From Octopus sinensis (lineage: Eukaryota), in assembly GCF_006345805.1 (NCBI RefSeq), contig NC_043017.1, positions 27,900,001 through 27,964,000 on the forward strand: DNA of 64,000 nucleotides, written 5' to 3'. The notes below the pieces were generated by a model. The model was not told the DNA's origin. It did no database searches and was given only the letters and a program-made list of their open reading frames with translations. Of this stretch, positions 40,401-54,419 are shown piece by piece (the stretch's first letter is position 1; the number at the start of each line of letters is the position of its first letter). The position numbers were made by a program, and so were the translations under genes.

Positions 40401-41060
40401 ACATATATACATATATATATACACACATATATACATATATATATTCATTCTTTTGGTGTCTTACCATTTCAATCAATATATATATATGTATGTATATATG
40501 TTTTATGTATACATATGCACATACATATAAACGCATGTGTATATATAACACACAGACACACACCAAATATAAGTATATATATGTGTATTATATATATATA
40601 TATATAGATAGATAGATATATAGATATATGTATGTATGTATGCATATGCCCATACATATAAACGCATGTGTATATATATACACACACACATATATATATA
40701 CACAGGGAGAGAAAGAGAGTGACCAAGTGAGTGAGAGAAGGAAGGAAGGAAAAAATAAAGAAAGAATCTGCTTGACAGAAGGATGGTGGGAAAGAAGATA
40801 TCAAAGAGAGAATATTTGCCTGTGTTTCTTGTAATTCATATCAGTTCACTCGATAGCAACATTTCTTCGCTCACGTCCGTGCATATGAATTCTGTTGAAT
40901 GTGTGCATATCAACCGAAACTTACACATTCACACACACTCAAACATGTGTAAATGCAAATGAACTTATATCTCTCTTCCACCCCCCTCTCTCTCTATCTA
41001 TCTATATCTTTCTCTGTATGATTGGGTGATTATGTGTAAAACTCAAAGAACAGAATATAA

Positions 41061-41400
41061 TCTATATATATAAAACTCAACTTGTGTGTCTGTGTGTGTA
41101 TCTGTGTGTTTAAATTCCCGGCACATCTCCTCCTAGCCAACAAATCGTAAAACCACTAAAAATGGGTCACTTAAAGTTTAGGGGAATGAAAATTGAACTG
41201 CGCTAATTCTGTTCCGAAATTCCTCTCGCAAGTGCAAAAAACGATAATGTGTTTGTTTAGGCCTTATACCATGCATTGAATAGTGAACTTTCCTCAGTCA
41301 GCTGTTTGACGTGAACTGTGTTCACTACGCGTGCAAGCATGCGAAAATTGCATGAAAAGTTTTTTAAAAATCAAGATATAAAAACGGGCAATACTGCTAG
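41061..41400 (+). mobile_element. Non-autonomous Helitron (340 bp), third family
   Basis: A|TCtatatatataaaactcaac...cgggcaatactgCTAG|T; last bases match the 6796 family end; left arm of hairpin missing. Confidence 0.75.
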
Positions 41401-41794
41401 TGCTTGATAAATGAGTTTATACGTTTATAATTATCAGTTAACTTATAGTGTTTGACCACATTTTTACTCAGAAGGAATTTGGGCTGTCAGTGATCAGACT
41501 CTGCAATTGCGAATACTAATGAATTAAAACACAAATACTGAAAATAAATGAGGCTAATTTTTACTGACTAAAACTGCTTAAAATGTAAAGTGGGTTAACC
41601 TGTCTAGCATGTTCTCATATCCAGTGCAGTTACTCCGATTAGCTCGTATTATCATCTGTTTTGGACTGATATTCTTAAGAATGTTTTCCAAGTGCACTGT
41701 GCATGCGAGTGAAACGTAACTGAGGCATAAAGAAGTTTAAGTATCTCTGAACTGTATATATGTATATATATTATATATATATACGTATGTGTGA

Positions 41795-42028
41795 GTATAT
41801 ATTTGTTTGTCTGTGTTTGCCCCCACCCAACATCGCTTGACAACCGATGTTGGTGTGTTTATGTCCCCCGTAACTTAGCTGTTCGGCAAAAGAGACCGAT
41901 AGACTAAGTACTAGGCTTGCAAAGAATAGGTCCTGAGGTCGATTTGCTCGACTAAAGGCGGTGCTCCAGCATGGCCGCAGTCAAATGACTGAAACAAGTA
42001 TAAGAGTAAAAAAAAGACTAAAAAGAGT
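41795..42028 (+). mobile_element. SINE family 1, 3' half
   Basis: Runs from the internal microsatellite to the tail. Confidence 0.85.
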
Positions 42029-42681
42029 TAGATTGACAGTCTTAAACCTGTTAAGGACCTTGTTATTCTAAGTCACATATCCTGTAGAGAATTGTGCGTG
42101 GTCCTATGAAATATTTGACAGTGAACACAGAAACAGTTATCTCCTCATACTGGGAGCGCTGAAACTTACCGTTCTAAACCTTTAGAATGAATTGTATGAA
42201 ACTGTGTTTCTTTTAAAATTTAAATGATATGCTGCTTTTAAGGTTAGTGATAACGACCTTAAGCAAAGAAAAACTTCTCGACGTATTAGTTGAGTCAATC
42301 TTCTTGTGTAACAGTAATTGTTCAAATAACAATCGTTCGGTTTTGCTGCGATAAAATGTTTTGCGATACAAAACTACTGTAACTTTTCGGTTACTCCACT
42401 TGATATTGTTCAATATCCGTTTTGTGGAATGGTTCATTCTGTGTTCTTACATTACAAATGGGTCTATTTCCTGTATTTTTCTCGTTGATTTAACAGTAAG
42501 AGATCTGCTTCTATTTCGTTTTCATTCAGTTTCATCTACAATTCTTCATGAAATGTAGTTACCTCACATATCTCTCTCTCTTAGATCTGTTTCTTCCCCG
42601 GCACACAAACGCGCGCGCACACACGCACACACAAATGCGTACATGCGCATATAAATATATACAGGGATATATTTCATATAT

Positions 42682-42719
<38 letters not shown>

Positions 42720-42744
42720 GAACACATATCTTCAGATTATTCTC

Positions 42745-42775
<31 letters not shown>

Positions 42776-43105
42776 ATATATATGTGTGTGGGTGTATATA
42801 TATAGAAATATAAATACATAAATGTATATATATATGGGTATATATATGTACGTGTGTTTGTATAATATATATATGTATATATATAATATATATATATTAT
42901 ATGGGTATATATATGTACGTGTTTGTATATATATGTATGTGTTTGTATATATATATATATATCTCTATATATGGTATATATACTGTACGTGTTTGTATAT
43001 ATATATATATATATAGTCTAAAATAATCTATATGGGTATATAAATGTCCGTGTGTTTATATGTATATCTATAAATAAATATATTTATAAATGTATATATA
43101 CATAA

Positions 43106-43140
<35 letters not shown>

Positions 43141-43182
43141 GAATTTATAAATGTGTATAAATATGTACATGTATGTACGTAT

Positions 43183-43240
43183 GTATGTAGAGGGGGTACC
43201 TACATACATACGTATGTATGTAGGAACCCCCTCTACATAC
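43183..43240. repeat. 58-bp near-perfect palindrome
   Basis: gtatgtagagggggtacctacatacatac|gtatgtatgtaggaaccccctctacatac, 28 of 29 positions paired. Confidence 0.9.
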
Positions 43241-43357
43241 ACTCAAAAATGTTGAGAACAAGAGAAATTACAGATCTGGTTAAGCTGAGATACTATTTTC
43301 GATTTTGAATTCTATTTTGAGCTTCTTTGAAGTTACATGACCAGTAAACAAGTGTTT

Positions 43358-43585
43358 ATTTCTTTACTACCCACAAGGGGCCAAACATAGAGGGGACAAA
43401 CAAGGACAGACAAAGGGATTAAGCCGATTACATCGACCCCAGTGCGCAACTGGTATTTAATTCATTGACCCCGAAAGGATGAAAGGCAAAGTCGACCTCG
43501 GCGGAATTTGAACTCACAACGTAACGCAGACGAAATACCGCTAAGCATTTCGCCCGGCGTGCTAACGTTTCTGCAGCTCGCCGCC
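43358..43585 (-). mobile_element. SINE family 2
   Basis: Reverse-complement full-length copy. Confidence 0.9.
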
Positions 43586-44095
43586 AGTAAACAAGTGTCA
43601 ACTTAGTGTGCTGGTTGTGGACAGCTGACACTTTCCTTTTATACCCAGTAAAATAAGCCGAGAAATTCAATCAAATAATAATAATAATGTAGCACTTTCT
43701 GTACAATGTCCGTGAAAATTTTGAGACGGCAATGAATATAAGTGCTCTTTCCCAAAATAAGAAAAAAAAACAATCGTAATCATAAGCATGCTCAGACGAG
43801 TATGGCCTGGGGCTAACCAGCAGAAATACAAACAATTCCAGTCATATTTCGTTTTTGGATTTGGTTTGCAAGATTCTTTATATGAGTTCGTGTGTTGAAG
43901 CATATTCTATTGTGTCTGGGGAGAGTCATTCTCTTTTAGTGCCTTATTATTTAACACAATCACCGGTAAAATTTTCACCGGTGAGCGTGTTAAATAATAA
44001 GGCAGTAAAAGAGAATGACTCTCCCCACACACAACAGAATTCCAGTCATGGTATGCACTAATAATCATATACGAGACGGACAAACTTTAAAATGC

Positions 44096-44136
<41 letters not shown>

Positions 44137-44248
44137 GGAGGAATTTGTGTGTGTATAAATGTGTATATATATGAATGTATGTATGTACATATATATATAT
44201 ACTAATGTATGTACATATGTATATATATATATATACTAATATATGTAC

Positions 44249-44279
<31 letters not shown>

Positions 44280-45505
44280 ATGTCTATAGTAAAAGCATTA
44301 GTGAAACCAGCCATTGCAAAATCCGTTCTCGACAACAGCAGTAAGAAGGTATCTTTTATTTCAATTCTTAATCACTGTGTTTTCACAGAGTCTTACTTTT
44401 CAACATCCTCAGACATTTTAGTTGTGTTTTATGTTATTTTTCATGTCTGCGTATGTTTCCTCCGTTGGTTGTTTTTCTTTTCTTTAATTTTATTGTATTT
44501 AGTTATTGTGTTGTTTGAATTTGACTCATTCGTTCAGTTAACACAGTGTCAGCAAAACACTTTGGAATAGCAAAACTGAATTAAATATTGTGCAATGAAC
44601 AATAATGTTATGTTGCAAATGTCCGCTCTTTGAGCAGACCAATGACAGATTGCATTTTGATATCTTGCCGATCTATTTCCGTCTGTCTTTTCCGTTCATT
44701 TTTGTGTCCACGTCAGAAATTTAATGGTAAATTTGTCCAGCGACGAGATATAATGGAAGAATTTTCTTTAAGCAAGTGATCAAAAAAATAGAAAAAATTG
44801 TAAAATAAAAATTGAATAAATAAATAAACGGTAATAATAATGTAAAATTGCGAGAAGCAAGAAAGTTAAATACAAGGAGAAGACAAAGAGCGGAAAGAAA
44901 TTTCAGAAAGCGAAACTGAAAAACATAAAAATAAAATGGCGCATAATTGAAATAGAAAGGAGAGTGAGGGGTATGGTAGAGATGGGTGGGTAGAATAAAA
45001 AAAAAATATGGGAAACAAAATTATATAAAGAGAACAAAAAATTGCAGAAAACATAGTTTAGAGACAGATTACGAATAACAGCAACAACAAAAAAACAACA
45101 CGGAAAACAATGAGAAGAAAATTTAAAACACATGTAAGAAATATAATGAAAACCATGATGTTAGATGAGGAGAAAAGAGAGTAGAATATGACGATGATGA
45201 TGATGAGTTTAGGTGTGTGATGTATTTGACGTATTGTTTTAGATAGTTGTGCTCACGAGGACGCAACATAATAGCGCTTTTTATAATTCAATGAAATGAA
45301 ATGAAACTCCCGGCCATTTCTGTAAAGAGAATGAAGATTTACCTCTAAGGATAGTCATAGGAGTGTTCAAGAAATTAGGACTTTCCTCCTCATTCTAAAT
45401 ACTCGTAAAGCAGTCTCGTCCTATATTCCTCAACTTGCATAACTTTCATGTCCGTTTTCTAAAATTTGTTATAGTTTCAAGACAAGTCAATCTTGGTGAT
45501 TTCCT

Positions 45506-45578
<73 letters not shown>

Positions 45579-45639
45579 GACCTCAATATTATGTAAATAG
45601 AGGAAATTTATCTGTAAATTAATATGTGACAATAGCCAA

Positions 45640-45700
45640 GATAAAACTCTGAGTTTCGGATGCCGAAGTGGAGACCCACAACACCATCTCTTCGGTTACC
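45640..45700 (-). ncRNA. Type I hammerhead motif (family C) in a repeat starting at ~45578 next to (TA)n
   Basis: Minus strand: ggtaa-CCGAAGA-gatg[gtgttgtgggtctccacttcgg]catc-c-GAAA-ctc a gag-TT-ttatc. Confidence 0.65.
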
Positions 45701-45891
45701 TGGCCATCTGAAAAACGCTATGACAAAATACCGTTATATAAAGGGAAATTACTGTTATAATTCCGCTACTTATATAAATTAAGATTAAAAGTTCATAGTA
45801 AACACGTAAGCATGGCTACTCATACGCTCACATGTGCGTACGTATACGTGACTATGAAAACGTACACATCTTCACCCGCATTTTTCGCCAA

Positions 45892-45927
<36 letters not shown>

Positions 45928-46254
45928 AATTGCAGTGTTACAACGGGATTTTATTTTGGCGAACTAGAAGAGATAAAAGACAAAGTCTATCTCAGCGAAA
46001 TTTGAACACAGGACCTAAAGACCTCGAAGGAAAGCTATTAACAATTGTACCAGCAAACCATCATATTTAGATTTAGATTCATAAATCTCATCCTTTCCAT
46101 TTTCAGCACAAAACCTGAAATTTAACGGAGAAGGATAGTCGTTAAATGGACTTCAAGTGGAATTTGAACGCCGCTAAATATTTCCCCCGGGTGCCCATAA
46201 CTCTCCCAGCTCGCCGTCTTATCTACAATCATAACCTTATTATCATATTTTGTT

Positions 46255-46461
46255 TCATAGAGAGGACAAACAGGGACAGACAAAGGGATTAACTCGATTA
46301 CATCGACCCCAGTGCGTAACTGATATTTAATTTATCGACCCCGAAATGATGAAAGGCAAAGTCCACCTTGGCGGAATTTGAACTCAGAACGTAACGGCAG
46401 ACGATAAGTATACCGATAAGTAATTTCGCCCGGCGTGGTGACGTTTCTGCCTGTTCGCCGT
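46255..46461 (-). mobile_element. SINE family 2
   Basis: Reverse complement, tail truncated. Confidence 0.85.
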
Positions 46462-46540
46462 CCTCAGCAACATTAATATTAACAACCAAAAAAAGACGCG
46501 AAAGAAATAGAAAGAAAATAAAGAAAGAAAATTAAACAAT

Positions 46541-46946
46541 GGCGCAGGAGTGGCTGTGTGGTAAGTAGCTTGCAAACCAACTACATGGTTCCTGGTTCAG
46601 TCCCACTGCGTGGCATCTTGGGTGTCTTTTGCTATAGCCCCGGGCCGACCAATGCCCTGTGAGTGGACTTGGTAGACGGAAACTGAAAGAAGCCTGTCGT
46701 ATATATTTATATATATATATATATGTGTTTGTGTGTCTGTGTTTGTCCCCCTAGCATTGCTTGACAACCGATGCTGGTGTGTTTACGTCCCCGTCACTTA
46801 GCGGTTCGGCAAAAGAGATCGATAGAATAAGTACTGGGCTTACAAAAGAATAAGTCCCGGAGTCGATTTGCTCGACTAAAGGCGGTGCTCCAGCATGGCC
46901 GCAGTCAAAATGACTGAAACAAGTATAAAAGAGAGTATAAAAGAGA
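46541..46946 (+). mobile_element. SINE family 1
   Basis: Near-consensus copy. Confidence 0.9.
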
Positions 46947-47814
46947 ATGGACCAAATAAGGAAGAGAAAATGAATAAAGAAGATGAAAGCGTCAGGGAAT
47001 AGATACGTGCAGATGGATGAAGAGGCGAATAAGAAATAGCAGTATGTAATCACCTAATTTATCATTTTTAATCCCTTGTGACTTGCAGTATTCAGCAGTT
47101 TATCTGTTTTTCTACGACACACGTCAACGGACGAAATATTGCATTTGGCGAAAGTGATATTATAGCCCTTGACATCAACATATTCTTCAACTGTATCGTC
47201 CACAATAATCTTCTAAGTTTCTACTTTATCTCTTTACTCGAATTTCATGTCAGACCAATCTATTACAGCTGACACTGATGGAAATTTTTTGCGACTAAGA
47301 TATTATCAAATATGATGTAATCAGAGTTTGGTTATATGTCTGCGATGCTCTTCCATCATTCATGTAAATGAGTGATCGTGATTTATCAGTCATTTCGAGC
47401 AGGCGCTCTTATGTAAATTCTACACACCCGATATTATTTACGATTGAGTACGCAGTCGTAAAGTATCTAAAATTTATACAAGTCAGATATAATATTACTT
47501 GTTCTGCTATATTTAATAATTTAAATCTTGAAAAAAAATAGTCAAAAACGCAGTCAGATGGAAATAACAAGTGGTTACATCATAACACGATGACGCGTCA
47601 TCTTGTACATTTCACAAGAGAGTGCCCAAAACATACTGCAATAAAGAGTCTCTATCGATTTTTCAGAATCTCAGACGTACTTACAATTCTTTAACCTTCA
47701 ACCAAAATCCTAGACTCATGTTCTTAGACCATATAGATGTCCGTACTGATGTTGCATACAAGAAAATCGTGTCAGACAACTGAAAAAAAATAGAGCTTAT
47801 CATTAAAGTATTAA

Positions 47815-47951
47815 GACCTCTCCAGCCACGATTGACCAAGAGATTGCATCTGGAAACTTAATTTTCCGAGGCACAAGTCTGGGAAAGTTTATTTTATGGA
47901 AGATCCGATGTCATCCAAAGGAAAGACAAAGGCCGATACAGCTTGGCACCA
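47815..47951 (-). mobile_element. SINE family 3, 3' fragment
   Basis: Reverse complement of ggtgccaagctgtatcggcc and cagacttgtgcctcgga of the 48955 element. Confidence 0.7.
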
Positions 47952-48073
47952 CCTTTAGTCGAGCAAATCGACTCCAGGACTTATTCTTTGTAAGCCTAGT
48001 ACTAAACACACAACCATCGGTTGTCAAGCGATGTTGGGAGGGGAGGGCAAACAGACACACAAACATGTACCAC

Positions 48074-48113
<40 letters not shown>

Positions 48114-48242
48114 TACGACAGGCTTCTTTCAGTTTCTTTCAAATCCACTCAGAAATCTTTGGTTGGTGCCACGCAGTGGGACTGAACCCGGAACCTTGTG
48201 GTTGGTAAACAAGCTACTTACCACATAGCCATTCCTACATCC
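47952..48242 (-). mobile_element. SINE family 1 with deletions
   Basis: Reverse-complement match. Confidence 0.8.
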
Positions 48243-48249
48243 TATATAA

Positions 48250-48318
<69 letters not shown>

Positions 48319-48599
48319 TATAATATTTTCAGCATCGCAGAAGCAACACGTAATGTTCGTCTCCCCGTGGCCATTAGGCACAACTTCACAGCCAGCCCCA
48401 TACTCAACTCGTCCTGTCGAAGACCCTTGTCCTACGTCCTGTTTTGTTTTGTCAAGATTAATCAGCCGAAATTGCTAAGATGATCTGGTTCTTGACTGAT
48501 GACTGAGGGTTCGAATGTCCCGTCCTGTGGTTCTTGTGTCGTCTCTGTGGTGTTTCATGTTCTTGTCCATGTCTGTAATTATTTTTTACTGTTTACCTA

Positions 48600-48654
<55 letters not shown>

Positions 48655-48954
48655 ATATATAATAAAAACAGAAAAGATTGCTTGCAGGTCCACTTACTCA
48701 CCATAATTGCTTAACCTTCTTCAAATCCCACTTCGTTATCGAAACTAAGATGACATATCAGGTACCAAAGTGCAACTGAATGGCAGTTACCTGAATATCT
48801 TTGATCATAAGCCTATTTGCTAAATACCGATCCCAGCTAATGAATACCAATATTATATTATAAGTTACTTTTTTAAAAGATAGAATACATTTTACGTGAA
48901 CCCCAGCAGTCTCCTGTAATAAAATACTAATAAACTAAAGTGATAAACTCATAA

Positions 48955-49280
48955 ACTCAGTGGTTAGAGCGTCGAGCTTAAGATCGTGAGGTTGTGAGTT
49001 TGAATCCCGGACCGGGCTGCGTGTTGTGTTCTTGAGCAAGACACTTTATTTCACGTTGCTCCAGTTCCCTCAGCTGTAGAAATGAGTTGCGACGTCACAG
49101 GTGCCAAGCTGTATCGGCCCTTGCCTTTCCCTTGGACAACATCGGTGACGTGGAGAGGGGAGGCCGGTATGCATGGGCGACTGCTGGTCTTCCATAAAAA
49201 AACAACCTTGCCCAGACTTGTGCCTCGGAGGGTAACTCTCTAGGTGCAAACCCATGGTCATTGTCTGACAGAAGGTGTCA
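48955..49280 (+). mobile_element. tRNA-derived SINE family 3
   Basis: ctcagtggttagagcg (A box), gagtttgaatccc (B box), CORE-like gtgttcttgagcaagacactt; aaactaaagt repeated in both flanks. Confidence 0.8.
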
Positions 49281-50115
49281 TCAAACTAAAGTAAAATGTC
49301 ATTTTCTTGTTTGAAAAGAAACTTTGGGGAGAAAAAAAAATGTTTCAAGCTACGTATTATAGCGAATTAGTTTCTTTAAATGAAATGTCACCAATCTTAA
49401 TGTTATTGATCACGTGGTCATTCAAAGCTTTTTTTTTCTTTTTTTTTTTTTTTTTACTAGCTGCATCTTTGTTATAAAGTGCGTTTTTTCTTTATAGAAA
49501 TTAAATTAGTATTGTTGATGGTTTCTGTAATTACTTCTATAATAACAGACACAACTTCTAATTTAAAATATAATAAAAAAGAAACGCGAAAAAATCAATT
49601 TGTTTCGGTCATTCAAAGTAAATGATGTAATGCAGCTTTGGAATCAAATTATATCTAATTCGCTTTACCACCTTCGGTTTGATTCATTTTGATTCCTCAT
49701 ATTTCTTGAACATTTTCTTCGTCTTTTAATTTTTATTTTCGCCATTGTCATTTACATTTTATTTCATGTTATTAAATACCAGTAAAATGAAGTAATTTCT
49801 TTAAAACGAACGTTTAAAACAGCTTTGTTACAACATTTATGATTGTTTTAATAAAAGATGAAAACAAAAATGAAGACGACGACGATGAGGCGATAACGAT
49901 AATGATGAAGATGAGGATTTTGGTCAAAATGAAGATGCCAATTGGATGGCATATTCGAATAATACCCAAAATATTTCATTTCAACATTTCAAATTTCGCT
50001 GCTATATTGTTGGCACCAAATATTTGTTAGTTTAAATATTATTTTGTAAATGTACACATATTAAAGACATGTGGCGGGTAAAATTAAAAACCAGGAACGA
50101 AAAAAAAACAAACAC

Positions 50116-50337
50116 TTTTTACTCTTTTTATTTTTTCGGTTATGTGACTGTGGCCGTGATGGAGCACCTCCTTTAGTCGAGCATATCGACCCCAGGACTT
50201 ATTATTTTGCCGAACTGCTAAGTTACAGGGACGTAAACACACCACCATCGGTTGTCAAGCGATGTTGGGAGGACAAACGTAGACACACACAAACTTATAC
50301 ACACACACACAAACTTATACACACACACACACACATG

Positions 50338-50380
<43 letters not shown>

Positions 50381-50553
50381 ATATGTACTCATATACGAGG
50401 GTCTTCATTCTGTTTCCGTCTACCAAGTCCACTCAGAAGGATTTGGTCGGCCCGAGGCTATGGTAGAATACACTTGTCCAAGGTGCCACGCAGTGGAACT
50501 GAACCCGGAACCATGTAATTGCTAAGCGAGCTACTTACCACACAGCCACTCCT
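50116..50553 (-). mobile_element. SINE family 1 with long target-site duplication
   Basis: Reverse-complement copy flanked by 35 identical bp at 50058-50092 and 50563-50597. Confidence 0.9.
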
Positions 50554-52395
50554 AATATATAAATATTAAAGACATGTGGCGGGTAAAATTAAAAACCTGG
50601 TACAAAAGAAACACTGTAAATATTTGTTTTCTTTTAGTGAACGTTATCATGATTATTATATTTCTGTATTTGTTCTTTCTATATCTACAGATAAAACTAA
50701 AATCACATGAGTAAATCCGTTTTACTCCTTGGCACATCCAAATTTTGGCAGTGAAAGTACAGTTTATAAGAGGATGTTATCGCTCTTTTTGTAGGGTGTT
50801 TGTAGGGTGGTTGTTGGCTCTTTAGAAACGAGATTCAAAAATGGGAAAGGTGAGATAAACAGAAACAGAGGGAATGAAAGTGAGTGTGTGTGATGTGAGT
50901 GTTTATGTGTCATTGAGAGAGAGAGACAGACAGACAGACAGCATTTTACAATGATGTACACATAATTGCCTGAGTCATTATTACTTTCGTGAATGCATGG
51001 GAGGTTTTCGCCATAGATTAGCTAAGACTTGTGGATAATGTAAAGATTTCCCAATGTTTCTCCGAATTTGACGTTTTCGGTTAGGGATATGTTGTCGAAA
51101 AGCGATTCTTTGCATTGTAACATCAGTTTTGAGACGAACGTGTTAAGAAATATGAATTCAAAACTAATTATCACGAGAAGAATAATTAGTAATTAAACAA
51201 GGATGAAAGCTGTGCTGTTGATATTGCGAATGGCATTCGGTGCAAAACCCGATGTTAGATATGAAGAATTGCACATCCGTTTCATTTCATGTCTCTCTGT
51301 AGTGAGTCTGTGTATGTCACAGTGTCTCTACCTGATTATTAAGTAGTTGTGTATCCATATGCTTCGTATTCGGAATATAATTGGAATTCGTTTCTAATAA
51401 ATTATACGCTGCATTGCTGCCCTCATTTCGATGTTATTGATTTCACGACATTTGCACCTTTAAACAACTCTAGTGGCATGAGTCTTCGTACAAACGTTTC
51501 AAAATTTGCATATGGTGTGAATCGAAATTTTTTCATTGACATAATGTCCTTGTAAAATATTTTGGATGTGTAGTTGTGTAAACGTTTGTGGGTTTGTTTG
51601 TAAGTCTGCTTTAGTGTACGTGTTTCGTACAAGTGTGCGCGTGTCTTTGAGTATACTTGGATGTGTGCGAATCGCTCTATTGGATTTTTAAAAATTCGAT
51701 TCTCACTTAATACGCGTCTCACCTATTTTATGCCGTTAGGCGATTGCGTGTTTGCGGTATGTTCTCTGTTCAACACAATTTTTTTTTAATAACATTCTCC
51801 GAAAGGTCAACAACCTTTGATATTTCGCTATTAAACTCTCAAAAGTAATACATAACGCCCGACTACACAAACACGTCTACCCATCGACTGTCATTCACGA
51901 AAGCATACAAGCAGTTAGACAGGCACAAATTGAATATTTACGCATACATACACATATACTAAAATTCGTGTAAAAAATATGAAAAATAAAAAAGGAACAA
52001 AAAAACGATACATGCAAACGCCTCCGTCTTTGAACTTTTGCTAATGAACGTTGCTCCTAGTTTATTTTTTGAAATTTCTAATATCATTCCTCACAAAATT
52101 GAATGATATTTCAAATTGGTTCGATTCTATATATATTATACGTATTTACTTGTGTTTTGTAATTTCGTTTTTATCCATGAGATTTGTTATTTGCATTTAA
52201 AATTTGTGGAATGATTTTTCCTATTGACCTCAGGTTTGTAGATGTCAGCTAGAAACAAATTTTGACTAATGAAACGGGATGGAACAATACCTGTCTATAA
52301 ACCTTCCGTATCTATTTCTACATACACGATCACACGCATATATGCGTGCATATATATATGAATATATACATTAACACACACATACATGAGCACAC

Positions 52396-52443
<48 letters not shown>

Positions 52444-53097
52444 CATACATACATATATATGTATACACAAACACACATTAGCACACATGTGTGTATATAT
52501 ACATACACACACACACACATACATATATATATACATATATATATATACACGTATTTCAAGCTGCTCTGACTTACTTATTAAGTTTTACTTCAGATATTAC
52601 TAAGTACGTTTGTTAAGAGAAAAATGGTTGCTGCTACCAAAATTTTACATTCAAACTTAGAAGGCAAGGCATAACTTTTGCCTTTATTTGCCGTAATACG
52701 TTAGGACAGTTGTGCTTTTAGGGCATCCTGCTGCTAGAAGCCAGGTCAGGTTGGATTAAATATGATGCAGCACAATACCTGTGATTGTGTTTATGGCTTT
52801 ATGTATCCACCACATACATTTGGATTGTTTCTATTCAAAAAATATGAAATGACTTATTTTTCTTGTTATTTCTGGTTGACCAGGCGAAATTTTGTAGTTC
52901 CCTTGTGAGAGAAAAACAGCTTCCTTTATCTATTGAAGGGTTCTGCATTAAGACTGACCGAGGTATCAAAATTGGGGAGTTGTGAAACGCAAGCGCCCTA
53001 CAGTATTTTGTTATAAAATTCTATTTCTTGAGCTCGAACCTCGCTAGTGAGGCATTTGATTTTTCTCTTTAATTTGTTTATAGTATATTTACCATCA

Positions 53098-53388
53098 ATG
53101 GAGGCACATGGCCTAGTGGTTAGAGCAGCGGACTCGCAGCCGAGGGTTCATGCTTTCGAATCTCAGAGCTGGCGATGTGTGTGTTTATGAGCGAAAACAC
53201 CTAAGCTCCGGCAGAAGGTAATGGCGAACTTCTGCTGACTTTTACGCCACAACTTTCTCCCACTCTTTCCTCCTGCATCTTGCAGCTCACCTGCGACGGA
53301 CCGGAGTCCCGTCAACGTGGGGAACCTATTCGCCCGGGAAACCGACCCTATGAACCAGGTGTGGCTCGAGAAGGAACAAACAACAATA
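53098..53388 (+). mobile_element. tRNA(Arg)-like SINE family 4a (resembles octopus OR-type SINEs)
   Basis: tggcctagtggttagagcagcggactcg head, ttcgaatctc B box, V-domain-like cctgcgacggaccggagtcccgtc, (CAA)n tail. Confidence 0.75.
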
Positions 53389-54419
53389 TTTACCATCGAA
53401 TATAAGAACATGAATCATGTTATGCATCGAAAAGTTAAAGTAGTCGGCTCATCTTTCTGGGCCCCAATTCCACCGGGACTAACATTGTTTTGGTTCTCAT
53501 CCGAGTTGAAAAGATAGAGTACTTGTCAAATGTTTTTGTGTTTTGATCAATTTTCTAACTATAGTAATCAAGCCACGGAGCAAATTGTCTTTTTCTTACG
53601 CATAAGTTTCGAAAGACAAACTATGGCGATAGTAAAACTGAAATTGTTTGTCTGTAAAATTGTTTACACATAAAACCCCTTATATATTGCGTTGAAGAAA
53701 TATTACATGAACTTATCTGGTTCACGGGAAAAGAATAGGATCCCACTTTTTGAACGGCGGGAAAATATATATCCAAAATAGGAATCGTATGAAAACAAAT
53801 TTATGATGTGCAAAGGAGACAGTGGTGAACCTTGGACAGGATAAATGTTGCCCTCGTCTGAAATGAAATACCAGACGCCTTTCTACCGCATCACAATTGT
53901 GGATGTGATTGCTTCCTGCAGAACTGACGATGAATGCTAGTACAGGATGATATAACTACTAACTTATCCTGGTAACTATTATATGAAGTACTTCAAAACT
54001 GGATGTAATGCCTGGATAAAATATACGTTCTTCAAAGCCATTTGCTTGAAAGAAATCAATATCTGAACATGTATCCTCTATATTACAAAAGATTAAAATA
54101 CTTGGGTTACTCAAATGAAAGCTAGATACGATCCGAGCCGTTGATGTTTAAAGCTTAAATCTATAGAATTCCAGCAGAAATGTCCACATCAATAAGCATA
54201 TTTACCGTTTCCACCGCTCCAGAAAACATTATCAATGCAGGTGCTAGATCGATTGAATGTTGCGTCATATCCATTCGACGCATCCTACCAAAAAAGACAA
54301 ACGGCATTAAAATGCTGCGAGTGAAAATGTTTGCATATCTGAAGAATCTCGGTCTCTGAACAGAAACATCTCAGAAAGAATTTTCTGTGTGGCAACAAAG
54401 TATTCACAAAGAAAGGCCT

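Noticed and set aside
48955-49030. tRNA gene (also at 53100)
   Set aside because: A and B boxes are present, but there is no complete cloverleaf and the sequence runs on into a SINE body
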